A stretch of DNA of 64,000 nucleotides, from positions 6,703 through 70,702 of the forward strand of contig CAZVDP010000015.1 of the NCBI GenBank assembly GCA_964625945.1. Reading direction: 5' to 3'. Made by a program: the position numbers and the translations under genes. The notes under the pieces were generated by a model, which did not search any database, was not told the DNA's origin, and saw nothing but the letters and a program-made list of their open reading frames with translations. The stretch's first letter is position 1; each line of letters starts with the position of its first letter. Below, one piece after another: positions 46,421 through 56,186 of this stretch. The stretch comes from an uncultured Dehalococcoidia bacterium (lineage in GTDB: Bacteria; Chloroflexota; Dehalococcoidia; Lucifugimonadales; UBA1127).

Positions 46421-46867
46421 TTAGCTCTGCAGATCTTCCAATCCCTTAGTAAAACGTCCAGCATGTGAACGCTCTGCTCGTGCCAAGGTCTCTAACCAAT
46501 CAGCGATCTCTGGGAATCCTTCTTCACGCGCGGTTCGAGAGAATCCGGGGTACATCTCAGTGTACTCAAACGTTTCTCCCTCAATAGCAGATTTTAGGTT
46601 CGCTGCGGTATCTCCGACGGGAACATCTGTAACCGGATCTCCAACTTCCTTGAGAAAGTCAAAGTGGCCGAAAGCATGACCTGTTTCACCTTCGCCAACC
46701 GAGCGGAACAGAGCCGCAATTTCCGGTTGCCCTTCAACATCAGCTACACGTGCGAAATAATTGTAACGTCGATTAGCTTGAGATTCGCCCGCAAAAGCTT
46801 CCTTGAGATTCTCATGAGTTTTTGAGCCTTTTAACGGTGTACCAGCCATGTCCAATGCCTCCTGCAA
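46421..46867 (-). CDS. Rubrerythrin-family diiron protein (no rubredoxin domain)
   Basis: Four-helix ferritin-like motifs: E(x)nEGETGH and EGE...ERSH. Confidence 0.85.
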   Translation of the reverse strand: MQEALDMAGTPLKGSKTHENLKEAFAGESQANRRYNYFARVADVEGQPEIAALFRSVGEGETGHAFGHFDFLKEVGDPVTDVPVGDTAANLKSAIEGETFEYTEMYPGFSRTAREEGFPEIADWLETLARAERSHAGRFTKGLEDLQS

Positions 46868-46966
46868 GTAATCAAAATTCAGTGGAACATTAACCTGTTA
46901 GCGATAGCGTATTCCCACAGCCATTGTAGAGGATGGCTATCAAGCAATCAACTGACTATACGATCC

Positions 46967-48142
46967 ATGAGAAAGATGCTACTCTGTGATCCCGTCAAGT
47001 CACTCGGGACAGTCTCCAGGAGGCTCACAGTGCCCTACCCCGCGAATTTATTACCCTCCAAACTGCGTCGCTGGAAGACCCCTTTCCTCGTATTCGACCG
47101 CAAGGTTTTGCGTAAAAAGGCAGCTGAGTTCACAGGATTTCGACCGAAAATCGAAACATTCTATTCCGTCAAGGCGAATTCTTCTCCGAGGCTTCTGGAA
47201 TACCTAGCGGACCTTAAGCTAGGATTCGAGGTTTCCTCTAAAGAAGAACTTCGCCGCGTTCTTGCTATCAGACAGCCAACATCAAATGTCTCGACTAGTA
47301 ATCCAATCAAGCCACCAGAATTTATAGACTACGCATATAAGAACGGTATCGATGAATTCGTCGTAGACTCCGTAGAAGAAATATACAAGATCGCTTCCGT
47401 CGCTCCAGGCAGCAAAATCATCGTCCGCCTATTAGTTGACAACACTGAAAGCGCATGGCCTCTGGACAAGAAATATGGTGTCTCAACCGAAGAGGCTATC
47501 AAGTTACTAGTACTATGCCAGGATAAAGGACTTCGACCGCTCGGATTGACTTTCCACGTGGGCTCTCAATGCACCGGGTATTCGAGTTGGATGAAAGCCA
47601 TGTCTGAGGCTGCGTTTGTTTGGAAGAATGCCGCGTCGAACGGGATTTCCCTAGAAGTTCTTAACGTCGGCGGAGGATTCCCCGCCCACCACACTCCAGA
47701 TGTTCCAGCAACCAAACAGTTGCTTCAGGCAATCGCTTCACATGCGACTGAACTGTTCCCGTCTTCCCTAACTTTGAGAGTGGAACCAGGTCGAGGACTT
47801 GTTGCAGACGCTGGCTGGTTAGTAACGTCCATAATCGGGAAAGCTGTACGAGAGGGCCAAGACTGGATGTACCTCGATGTTGGAATTTTCAATGGACTAA
47901 TGGAAGCTATCGGCGGGATTGAATACCAGTTTTCCACTGTAGATCCCTCAGAAAACCTCCAGCAAAGCCCTTGGATATTGGCAGGCCCAACGTGTGACAG
48001 CGTCGATGTTGTTTCTCGTAAAGCCATCCTGCCCAATGTCACAGTTGGCGACCGCTTAACCATCTTCCCTGGGGGAGCCTACACAACGTGCTACGCGTCT
48101 AGATTTAATGGAGTTTCCATCCCACAAACCCATCTGGTATAG
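46967..48142 (+). CDS. Type III PLP-dependent decarboxylase (ornithine/lysine/DAP decarboxylase family)
   Basis: FYSVKAN (PLP lysine), HVGSQ, GGGFP and the C-terminal GAYT motif. Adjacent to speE. Confidence 0.8.
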   Translation: MRKMLLCDPVKSLGTVSRRLTVPYPANLLPSKLRRWKTPFLVFDRKVLRKKAAEFTGFRPKIETFYSVKANSSPRLLEYLADLKLGFEVSSKEELRRVLAIRQPTSNVSTSNPIKPPEFIDYAYKNGIDEFVVDSVEEIYKIASVAPGSKIIVRLLVDNTESAWPLDKKYGVSTEEAIKLLVLCQDKGLRPLGLTFHVGSQCTGYSSWMKAMSEAAFVWKNAASNGISLEVLNVGGGFPAHHTPDVPATKQLLQAIASHATELFPSSLTLRVEPGRGLVADAGWLVTSIIGKAVREGQDWMYLDVGIFNGLMEAIGGIEYQFSTVDPSENLQQSPWILAGPTCDSVDVVSRKAILPNVTVGDRLTIFPGGAYTTCYASRFNGVSIPQTHLV

Positions 48143-48148
48143 ATTTTC

Positions 48149-48991
48149 ATGAGAAGAAGCACTTTTGAAGAAAAAGACCCGTTCGCGCCGATCCATCACC
48201 GCTACAAAAATATTAAACAACTTTATAGCGTGACTAGCGCGCACCAAACGATTCAAGTGCTCTACCATGAATATTTTGGGCGCATGCTTGTCCTTGACGA
48301 TGTCTTACAGATCACAGAGCGTGACGAATTTTTTTACCATGAGCTCCTGGTCCAAGTCCCCTTAGCTGTCCATCCAAACCCACAACGGGTCCTCATTTTG
48401 GGAGGCGGAGACGGGGGAAGCTTAACGCAGGTTTTACTACATGACACCGTGACTTCAGTCGACTTAGTAGAACTTGACCTACAGGTTATCGATACCTCCA
48501 AGAAGTATTTTCCACACTTGTCTGAAAGTTTTTATGATCCCCGAGTGAGAGTCACGATACAAGACGGAGGCGCATTTCTTAAGAAATCTCGGGGCAAGTT
48601 TGACGTGATCATTGTTGACGCACCGGATCCGGTAGGCCCTGGCCAAGAGTTGTTCACTCTAAACCTGTTCCACAACGCGTACGCATCCCTAACGGCAAAT
48701 GGGGTATTTGTTTCCCAGACCGAATCGCTACATTTCCACCGAGATTTCGTACGTAACATACAAAGGGATCTGGCATCAATATTCCCGGTCGTTGACTTAT
48801 ATACGCAAGCGCTAGCCACATATGCAGGAAACTGGTGGACGTTTTCAATCGCTACCAAAGGGATTGATCCAAGGCGGCCTTATAAGAAAAAACGGTTTCA
48901 TGCGCGCTATTACTCAGGAGAGGTACATCGCCAAGTCTTTCTTCCACGACGCATCAGACGCCAACTCCTCTCTGGAAAGCTCAATTGGTAG
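48149..48991 (+). CDS. speE: Polyamine aminopropyltransferase (spermidine synthase)
   Basis: Has YHE, LILGGGDGG and VIIVDAPDPVGP motifs. Confidence 0.9.
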   Translation: MRRSTFEEKDPFAPIHHRYKNIKQLYSVTSAHQTIQVLYHEYFGRMLVLDDVLQITERDEFFYHELLVQVPLAVHPNPQRVLILGGGDGGSLTQVLLHDTVTSVDLVELDLQVIDTSKKYFPHLSESFYDPRVRVTIQDGGAFLKKSRGKFDVIIVDAPDPVGPGQELFTLNLFHNAYASLTANGVFVSQTESLHFHRDFVRNIQRDLASIFPVVDLYTQALATYAGNWWTFSIATKGIDPRRPYKKKRFHARYYSGEVHRQVFLPRRIRRQLLSGKLNW

Positions 48992-49118
48992 TTAATTAGC
49001 AAAGCCCGAAACACGGAGCAGACGGTTTCCAGAAAGGATCGAGCGCATCTCAGCCTCAATCATTCGGTAGGCGACACTCCTTCTCAAACTTGCGATACTC
49101 TTCCCCCTAGAGATTCTA

Positions 49119-50414
49119 ATGGCCCCCTCAACCCAATCAATGCTACAATACTGCCGGAGTTCAAAGACAATGGATACAATGAGCCAACAAGTACAACCCA
49201 GCACGAGCGAGAGGTCTGTAGAAAGTCCAACCACCCCCGTATACCTAGACCATGCCGCGACTACAGCAACACGATTAGAAGTACTAGAAGCGATGCTTCC
49301 TTACTTCCAAGGAAATTTTGGCAATCCTTCTAGCATCCATGCTCTAGGCCAGGAAGCTCGGAGAGCCCTCGATGAAGCTCGTCAAACGGTCTCAGAAGTA
49401 ATTGATTGCCGACGAAACGAAATAGTATTCACTAGTGGCGGGACAGAATCAGACAATGCTGCAATCCATGGAGGGGCCCTCGCGCTTAAAAGTGCCGGAA
49501 ACCATATCATTACCGCGAGCACCGAGCATCACGCAGTGCTCCACGCTTGCCACAAAATGGAGCAATTGGGCTTTGAGGTCACTTACATCCCAGTCGACAG
49601 TAATGGATTAATCGAACCCCAAGATGTGATGAATGCGGTAACAGAGCGGACAGTTTTAGTAAGCATTATGTACGCGAACAATGAAATTGGGACTATCGCG
49701 CCGATTCAAGAAATATCGAAAGCAGTTAAGGATCGTGCCGACCAAATGAAAACGACGATTACTGTTCACACAGATGCCGTACAAGCGCCGGGCTATCTAG
49801 ATCTGTCAGCCTCCAACCTCGGCGTCGACATGCTCAGCCTTTCAGCTCATAAATTCTACGGTCCGAAAGGGGTCGGGGCGCTTTATGTGCGCCGTGGAAC
49901 CCCTTTCGTTCCTCTTATTGCAGGAGGAGGGCAAGAGCGCGAGCATCGCTCTGGGACTGAAAATATCCCAGGCATCGTGGGTTTCGCAGAAGCTCTACGA
50001 CTAGCGGAAGAAGAGCGTACGACACATTTACAACACATTATTCATTTACGGGATCACCTGATAAGCGGCCTTCAGAGAGCATTGCCAGACACCGTTCTGA
50101 ATGGCCATCCTGTCCAACGCCTTGCCAACAACATAAACATATCGATACTGGGCCTTGATGCTGAACCCCTCCTACTTGCTCTTGACTTGGCCGGAGTTTG
50201 TGCATCGAGCGGCAGCGCGTGTTCCACCGGGTCCTTAGAACCCTCACACGTTCTTACTGCCATCGGACGTTCAGCGGAGGTTGCTAGAAGCAGCATTCGA
50301 TTTACACTTGGCCGTAAAAATACGCTGCCAGAAATCGAATACCTGCTCGAAGTGATTCCCAAACTTGTCGGGCGGCTTCGAGCATTAAACTTTAACGGAC
50401 ATTGGGGACGTTAA
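49119..50414 (+). CDS. Cysteine desulfurase (NifS/IscS class V aminotransferase)
   Basis: [22 protein letters not shown] (PLP Lys) and SSGSACS (catalytic Cys). The true start may be one of the internal Met codons (MDTMSQQ). Confidence 0.9.
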   Translation: MAPSTQSMLQYCRSSKTMDTMSQQVQPSTSERSVESPTTPVYLDHAATTATRLEVLEAMLPYFQGNFGNPSSIHALGQEARRALDEARQTVSEVIDCRRNEIVFTSGGTESDNAAIHGGALALKSAGNHIITASTEHHAVLHACHKMEQLGFEVTYIPVDSNGLIEPQDVMNAVTERTVLVSIMYANNEIGTIAPIQEISKAVKDRADQMKTTITVHTDAVQAPGYLDLSASNLGVDMLSLSAHKFYGPKGVGALYVRRGTPFVPLIAGGGQEREHRSGTENIPGIVGFAEALRLAEEERTTHLQHIIHLRDHLISGLQRALPDTVLNGHPVQRLANNINISILGLDAEPLLLALDLAGVCASSGSACSTGSLEPSHVLTAIGRSAEVARSSIRFTLGRKNTLPEIEYLLEVIPKLVGRLRALNFNGHWGR

Positions 50415-50415
50415 T

Positions 50416-50946
50416 ATGTCAAGATTTTCTAGATTCAATCGATTCGCGTTTGTCGTTGCGATCATTAGTTTAGGCCTTTTTGCTGGTTGCTACCGGAGTG
50501 TGGACCGTGGGGAATGGTCTGTTGGATCACATCTTACGATTAATGTCAGCAATATAGAGAAATTATCTGAAGTTCCTTATACAGAGGATGGGAATGACTA
50601 CGTGATCCGTCCCCGGAACCCAGCAAATCTCCTAATGGTAGCAAAGGTTCTCATTGTAAACCGGAAATCCTCAAGAATATCTCTCCTAATTGACACAGGG
50701 GCTGCAGCAATGTTGAACCGAAACCTAGTGCGATACCCAGCGGTAGATCCTTTCGGCGACCAACGCAAAGAAGGTGGCCCCAGTACCACCTCTGGCCCCG
50801 ATACATACCTGCCGTTCCTGTGGGGAGAAGTGGCGCTTGGCCAAGACACTGAATTGCAAGGGTGGATGATCTTTGAAATCCCTCCTCACTTCGAGCCCTT
50901 CCAATTCCGATGGGATCAGGCTGAAACACTTTTCGTTCGTCTTTAG
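50416..50946 (+). CDS. Hypothetical lipoprotein
   Basis: Signal peptide with lipobox LFAGC. 176 aa. Starts 2 nt after the cysteine desulfurase stop. Confidence 0.55.
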   Translation: MSRFSRFNRFAFVVAIISLGLFAGCYRSVDRGEWSVGSHLTINVSNIEKLSEVPYTEDGNDYVIRPRNPANLLMVAKVLIVNRKSSRISLLIDTGAAAMLNRNLVRYPAVDPFGDQRKEGGPSTTSGPDTYLPFLWGEVALGQDTELQGWMIFEIPPHFEPFQFRWDQAETLFVRL

Positions 50947-51067
50947 TCCTGAGTCTGATATTCATAGCTACTAGATTTCAGGTCTTGATCTAGAAACGGG
51001 ATCCAGAGACCTTCAGCGCCTCGATGCAGGCTAAGTGCCGACATTAATTACATAGGATAAATCTCTT

Positions 51068-52345
51068 ATGTCCACACTAATGGCGCGAAAGTGGTTCTAT
51101 GGTTGGGTCATCGTATTTGTAGTATTCGTCGGCTCATTCATTAGCTCAGGGGCAGGCGGAATAACCGTCTCTCTTTTTTTCGATCCGATTAGAGAAACCC
51201 AAAGATGGACGCTGACGCAGCTTACGGGTGGGGTAACAGCACAAGGGATTGCCATTCTCGTAGCTGCTCCAATTATCGGTCCACTTTTAGACCGTTTCGG
51301 TGCTCGAATTGTAATGACATCGGGAGCCATAGTAGCCGGTATAGGACTCATGCTCTTAAGCAACATGCAAGAAATCTGGCACTTCTGGCTTCTTTTCGCA
51401 ATCGTTGGCTCCTTAAGTATGACCGCATTAGGAGATTTAGCTGGACCAGTTGTAGTCGCGAAGTGGTTTGTACGGAAACGGGGAATTGCCATGGCGCTTG
51501 CCACATCGGGTGGACCTGCGGGCGGCATGATCATGTCACCGTTAGTAGCTCTCCTCATCAGCCTCTTTGGCTGGCGTGACACTTGGCAGTTAATGGGACT
51601 GACCATATTACTATTTGCGACTCCCATAATCTTATTATTAATGCGACGTACTCCAGAAGACCTAGGATTGCTCCCCGATGGCACGAAATCCATCATGCAT
51701 CGGCCACCTAATGATGATCAACCACCATATCTCGACGAGTCCACATGGACGTTATCTGATGCAATTCGTACCCGTACCCTGTGGATTATCGTAGTCTCAA
51801 TGAATCTCGTTACGGTTGGTGCAACTTCCCTGCTATACCATCAAGTTCCGTACTTTAGGTCTATGGGGATGTCTGCGCAGGACGCTAGCTATATCTTCAC
51901 GTTGACTCTATTAGGGGCAACAACATCTCGTTTTTTTTGGGGCTTCATTGCAGAACGAATCCCGATTCGACTGTGTTTATTTGGAGTGTTCCTGTGTCGG
52001 AGTCTTGGCGTGCTTTCTTTAGTGATTATCCCTTACCCTCAAAACATCCTGTCATTCGTTGGCTTCTTTGGCTTCCTTGGGGGCACTATCTGGCCAATGC
52101 AAGCCCTCGCAATGGCAAATTATTATGGGCGACGATTTCTCGGCAGTATCCAAGGACTATTACGCCCTCTACTGGGCATCTCTCAGATCGTTGGTCCAAT
52201 CTTTATCGCGATCCTTTTTGATACAACAGGGAATTTCAAGCTTGGTTTTCTTATAGCATCTTCGTTAGGTATCGCAGGCTCTTTCCTAGTACTTCTAGCA
52301 ACCCCACCTAAACATTCACAGGCACATGTATTAGATAATCTTTGA
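51068..52345 (+). CDS. MFS transporter
   Basis: 425 aa with 12 predicted TM segments and an MFS loop motif (GPLLDRFGAR). Confidence 0.85.
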   Translation: MSTLMARKWFYGWVIVFVVFVGSFISSGAGGITVSLFFDPIRETQRWTLTQLTGGVTAQGIAILVAAPIIGPLLDRFGARIVMTSGAIVAGIGLMLLSNMQEIWHFWLLFAIVGSLSMTALGDLAGPVVVAKWFVRKRGIAMALATSGGPAGGMIMSPLVALLISLFGWRDTWQLMGLTILLFATPIILLLMRRTPEDLGLLPDGTKSIMHRPPNDDQPPYLDESTWTLSDAIRTRTLWIIVVSMNLVTVGATSLLYHQVPYFRSMGMSAQDASYIFTLTLLGATTSRFFWGFIAERIPIRLCLFGVFLCRSLGVLSLVIIPYPQNILSFVGFFGFLGGTIWPMQALAMANYYGRRFLGSIQGLLRPLLGISQIVGPIFIAILFDTTGNFKLGFLIASSLGIAGSFLVLLATPPKHSQAHVLDNL

Positions 52346-52486
52346 TATCGCAACACAGAATCCTTTACCCAACCATGCGCAAGCTTTGCCTATATTACAT
52401 ACATGCGAAACCCTGGTTGAAAATCTAGCAGTTTCTAAGGCAAATAGTCACACCAATAAAGACCGAGCGTCTGGACATCCAACAAC

Positions 52487-52495
52487 TGATAGAAT
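52487..52495 (+). promoter_or_regulatory. Extended -10 element (TGaTAGAAT) upstream of thiG
   Basis: Located about 54 nt upstream of the thiG ATG. Confidence 0.3.
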
Positions 52496-52548
52496 ACGGT
52501 ATAGAACGTTCGACACGGTGGTAACGCCACAACCGCAGAGAGAACACA

Positions 52549-53328
52549 ATGAATGATTCACTGGTTATAGCAGGTAAACAGTTTCGCTCGCGACTAATTT
52601 TGGGGACTGGACGCTACCGTTCAACCGAAGACATGTTGAACGCTTTAGAAGCGTCCCAAACAGAAATTGTGACCGTAGCCATCCGACGTCTTCCCTTGGA
52701 TCGACCTAGCGAGAAAACCATCCTAGACCACATAAACTGGGACCGCTATACGGTGTTACCAAATACTGCAGGTTCGAAAACGGTTGAAGAAGCAGTTTTT
52801 ACAGCTAGGCTCGGTAGAGAGGTAACTGGCTCTAATTGGGTAAAGCTTGAGGTGATTCCCGATGCGTCTCACCTCTTCCCTGATCCCATCGGGACCTTTA
52901 ATGCATCTGTGACTCTACTGGAAGAAGGATTCGTCGTTCTACCATATATCCACGCTGACCCAGTCTTGGCAAAGCAACTTGAGGAATTGGGATGCGCGAC
53001 TGTCATGCCATTGGGATCAGCCATTGGATCCGGTCAAGGCATCCATACTAGCGAAGAAATCCAAATGATTGTTAACCAAGCCCATGTTCCTGTAGTGGTA
53101 GACGCCGGCCTTGGAGTTCCATCTGATGCTGCAGAAGCAATGGAGTTAGGAGCAGGAGCGGTATTAGTCAACACAGCGATTGCCCAAGCAAATGATCCAC
53201 GAATGATGGCAGAAGCATTCCGTCTAGGCGTTGAAGCCGGGCGCAAGGGTTTCATTTCCGGAAGAATTCCCAAAACCACCCGCGCCCAGCCAAGTAGTCC
53301 AGTTGAAGGCATGCCCAAAAAAGAGTAG
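52549..53328 (+). CDS. thiG: Thiazole synthase
   Basis: F.SRLILGTG.Y, LPNTAG, VMPLGS.IGSG.G and DAG.G.PS motifs. Confidence 0.95.
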   Translation: MNDSLVIAGKQFRSRLILGTGRYRSTEDMLNALEASQTEIVTVAIRRLPLDRPSEKTILDHINWDRYTVLPNTAGSKTVEEAVFTARLGREVTGSNWVKLEVIPDASHLFPDPIGTFNASVTLLEEGFVVLPYIHADPVLAKQLEELGCATVMPLGSAIGSGQGIHTSEEIQMIVNQAHVPVVVDAGLGVPSDAAEAMELGAGAVLVNTAIAQANDPRMMAEAFRLGVEAGRKGFISGRIPKTTRAQPSSPVEGMPKKE

Positions 53329-53349
53329 ATCTATTCTCGAGGTACAATT

Positions 53350-54003
53350 ATGCTGCCTTTCCCTAAACCTTGCCTCGCTCTAGTCACTGATCGTCATCTA
53401 TGCCCAAGTGATCGCACTCTTCAAGAACAAGTCCCACCTGCTGTCTATGGCGGAGTCGACATGGTCCAAATTCGCGAAAAAGACCTTCCCCAAAAAGCTA
53501 TTCTGGGATTGACGAAGACTTTACGTTCCGCGATCGGGGATCAGGCAAAACTCATTATTAACGGGCACCTAGATGTAATAAAGAGGTCATTTGCCGATGG
53601 TTCTCATCTGAGTGAAACATCAATTGATACAGAGGAAGCTCGGGAACTTCTCGGCAATGAACTCTTAATTGGGCGTTCGGTCCACAGTGTTGCTGCCGCA
53701 GTCGAAGCTGAGGCGGCAGGCGCAGACTTCCTATTTGTCGGGACGATCTACGAGACTCCCTCGCATCCAGGGTTGATTGCTAAAGGAACCAGGTTTTTAG
53801 AAGAAATTAGCCGGGCCGTAGGCATACCGTTCTTAGCAATTGGAGGGATCAACCATGCCAACATCCCCGAAGTGATGGCTACAGGAGCAGCCGGGGTAGC
53901 TGTAGTACGCGCCATAATGCCAGCAAAGAATCCGGATCAGGCGGCTAGCGAACTCAAGAAAATAATGCTAGATTCATTGCCAAAGATAGGAACCGAGAGA
54001 TGA
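53350..54003 (+). CDS. thiE: Thiamine-phosphate synthase
   Basis: TIM-barrel ThiE motifs: VQIREKD, GRS.H, and F.AIGGI. Confidence 0.85.
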   Translation: MLPFPKPCLALVTDRHLCPSDRTLQEQVPPAVYGGVDMVQIREKDLPQKAILGLTKTLRSAIGDQAKLIINGHLDVIKRSFADGSHLSETSIDTEEARELLGNELLIGRSVHSVAAAVEAEAAGADFLFVGTIYETPSHPGLIAKGTRFLEEISRAVGIPFLAIGGINHANIPEVMATGAAGVAVVRAIMPAKNPDQAASELKKIMLDSLPKIGTER

Positions 54004-54215
54004 CCAGTAGTACCATCACTATCATTGTGAACGGAAAACAACGCACCGTTGCCAGATACATGTCACTAGCTCAATTCCTTGAGACCTTATCCCTCCAATC
54101 GCACTTTATTGCAGTCGGATACAACGGCGATGTCTTACAAAAAGAAGCGTATGCAACAACCTACCTCAAAAATCATGACATCTTGGAATTAGTAAGGCCT
54201 GTAGGTGGCGGCTAA
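54000..54215 (+). CDS. thiS: Sulfur carrier protein ThiS
   Basis: 71 aa, ubiquitin-like, with C-terminal ...VRPVGGG. The ATGA overlaps thiE. Confidence 0.85.
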   Translation: MTSSTITIIVNGKQRTVARYMSLAQFLETLSLQSHFIAVGYNGDVLQKEAYATTYLKNHDILELVRPVGGG

Positions 54216-54254
54216 CATCTTCTCAAGATAGAGGCATCTTCCTAGGAGATACCG

Positions 54255-54479
54255 ATGCGCTGGTACATTTTGGGTCAATTGGCAAAAATATTCACCGTGC
54301 TGATACTACTATGCTCTATTCTGATCACAATTCTAGGTTCTCTTCGATTTTTCCTTCTTACTGGCGCGAGCCCGAGATATGTTTTCGAACGCAAACGATG
54401 GTTTGAGAAGTCGATCCTAGGTCGAAAGATGACAAAAAACGACTTCAAGGCGTTCATTGATTGGCATGCCCGAATCTAA
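54255..54479 (+). CDS. Hypothetical small membrane protein
   Basis: AGGAG lies 7 nt upstream of the ATG. It has one hydrophobic helix and then a basic tail. Confidence 0.4.
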   Translation: MRWYILGQLAKIFTVLILLCSILITILGSLRFFLLTGASPRYVFERKRWFEKSILGRKMTKNDFKAFIDWHARI

Positions 54480-54571
54480 CGAAAAAAGGCTGTTCCCTGT
54501 CAGTTGACGATGCTCTTGAACCCCTGAGATACTTGTCTTAGAAGCAATTGTTTGGGATGACGAGGCTAATA

Positions 54572-55732
54572 ATGTCCGTTAAAAAGGTCGCGATTGTAGG
54601 CGTAGGAGAGTCTGACCAAATGGGTCACATACCTAGCAAATCGCCACTCCAACACCATTCTGAAGCAGCGTATAACGCATTGGCAGACGCCGGAATCAAA
54701 AAATCCGAAGTCGACGGTCTGTTCACAGCAGGTTATTCAACTTTACTCACCGCAGAGTACATGGGTATTGTTCCCCGATACACAGACTCTACCTCCATTG
54801 GAGGATCATCATTTATAGCGCACGTGGGGCATGCCGTCGCAGCAATACAAGCAGGTTACTGCAACGTAGCTTTAATTACTCACGGACAAAGCGGATATTC
54901 TAGAAGGGGTCAAGGGGGCCAACCCGATCTGACTCTTCCCAAATCCCAATATGAAGCTCCATATGGCCTGATAGGAAACGTGATTGATTACGCTTTAGCC
55001 TGCTCACGTTATATGTACGAATTCGGAGAAGAGCGGACTCGGCAGGGGATGGCAGAAATCGCAGTAGCAACTAGAAAATGGGCACAATTGAATCCGAAAG
55101 CCTTTATGCAAGACCCCATGACTTTTGAAGACTATCACTCGTCAAGGTGGATCGCGTGGCCTTTCCACTTACTTGATTGTTGTCTTGTAACCGACGCGGG
55201 TGGTGCTGTTGTTATAACCTCTAATGACAAAGTTGCTTCATGCCGTAAATCACCCGTTTGGATCCTAGGAACCGCGGAATCCCACGAGCATTCAATGATA
55301 AGTCAGATGCCATCCCTTACATCAACGATAGCTCGCCAAACAGGCCCGACCGCATTGATGCGAGCCGGAGTCACGCACGATGATATCGATTTGGCAATGA
55401 TCTATGACTCATTTACCTACACTGTGCTGGCAAGTCTAGAAGCTTTAGGGTTTTGTGGACAAGGAGAAGGTCCAGATTTCGTTGCAAATCAACGAACTGC
55501 TCCAGGAGGCACCTTCCCGATGAATACCAATGGCGGAGGTCTTTCATACACTCACTCTGGGATGTACGGGATTTTCCTCCTTATCGAAGCAGTCAGACAG
55601 CTGAGAGGAGAAGCAGGGTCCCGGCAAGTTTACAGTCCCAAAAACACCCAGAATCCAGCAAGACTTACACTGGTGAACGGAACAGGAGGATCGCTTTCTT
55701 CAACTGCCACGACGATCCTCGCATCGGATTAA
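54572..55732 (+). CDS. Thiolase-like protein (SCP-x/non-specific lipid-transfer-type thiolase)
   Basis: VAIVGVGES N-terminus, a thiolase fold, and the C-terminal NTNGGGLS motif. Followed by its usual DUF35 partner. Confidence 0.8.
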   Translation: MSVKKVAIVGVGESDQMGHIPSKSPLQHHSEAAYNALADAGIKKSEVDGLFTAGYSTLLTAEYMGIVPRYTDSTSIGGSSFIAHVGHAVAAIQAGYCNVALITHGQSGYSRRGQGGQPDLTLPKSQYEAPYGLIGNVIDYALACSRYMYEFGEERTRQGMAEIAVATRKWAQLNPKAFMQDPMTFEDYHSSRWIAWPFHLLDCCLVTDAGGAVVITSNDKVASCRKSPVWILGTAESHEHSMISQMPSLTSTIARQTGPTALMRAGVTHDDIDLAMIYDSFTYTVLASLEALGFCGQGEGPDFVANQRTAPGGTFPMNTNGGGLSYTHSGMYGIFLLIEAVRQLRGEAGSRQVYSPKNTQNPARLTLVNGTGGSLSSTATTILASD

Positions 55733-55736
55733 GTTG

Positions 55737-56186
55737 ATGTCAGATACAAATAGACCTACCAACCCACGACCTCCCACACCAGCACCTCAATCTGAATCCT
55801 CTTTTTATTGGGAGAAATGCAAGATCAATGAACTCTGGTTACGACATTGCATGGACTGCCAACAAGCATACTTTTATCCACGAGATATCTGCCCCCATTG
55901 TTTCTCCAAAAACACCGATTGGATCCAGAGCAGTGGCAAGGGAACCCTCTACTCGTTCGCTATAGTCTATAGAGCACCATCACTAGCTTTCAGAGAAGCA
56001 GTCCCATATGTTGTAGGCCTCGTAGATTTGGAAGAACAAGTAAGAATTCCTACAAATATCGTGGAGTTGAATGAAGATTCCAGCGACCTCTATTGTGGTA
56101 TGCCGCTGGAAGTCACGTTTAGGCGCCTCGACGAAGATATATCGTTACCTGTGTTTAGACCGGCAGGTAAAACAAAGCCTGAGTAG
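55737..56186 (+). CDS. DUF35 OB-fold / zinc-ribbon protein (thiolase partner)
   Basis: Zn-ribbon CMDCQQ...CPHC followed by an OB-fold (GTLYSFAIV). Confidence 0.8.
   Translation: MSDTNRPTNPRPPTPAPQSESSFYWEKCKINELWLRHCMDCQQAYFYPRDICPHCFSKNTDWIQSSGKGTLYSFAIVYRAPSLAFREAVPYVVGLVDLEEQVRIPTNIVELNEDSSDLYCGMPLEVTFRRLDEDISLPVFRPAGKTKPE

Noticed and set aside
51097-51696. 199-aa minus-strand ORF
   Set aside because: It is antisense to the MFS transporter and has no motifs, so it is a shadow ORF. The same reasoning applies to 33380..33928 (antisense to the M50 protease), 891..1400 (antisense to htpX) and 15609..16058 (antisense to the TPP enzyme).
52346-52548. TPP (THI-box) riboswitch upstream of thiG
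   Set aside because: I looked for the conserved CUGAGA and ACCUGAUCUGGAUAAUGCCAGCG cores on the + strand and found neither.
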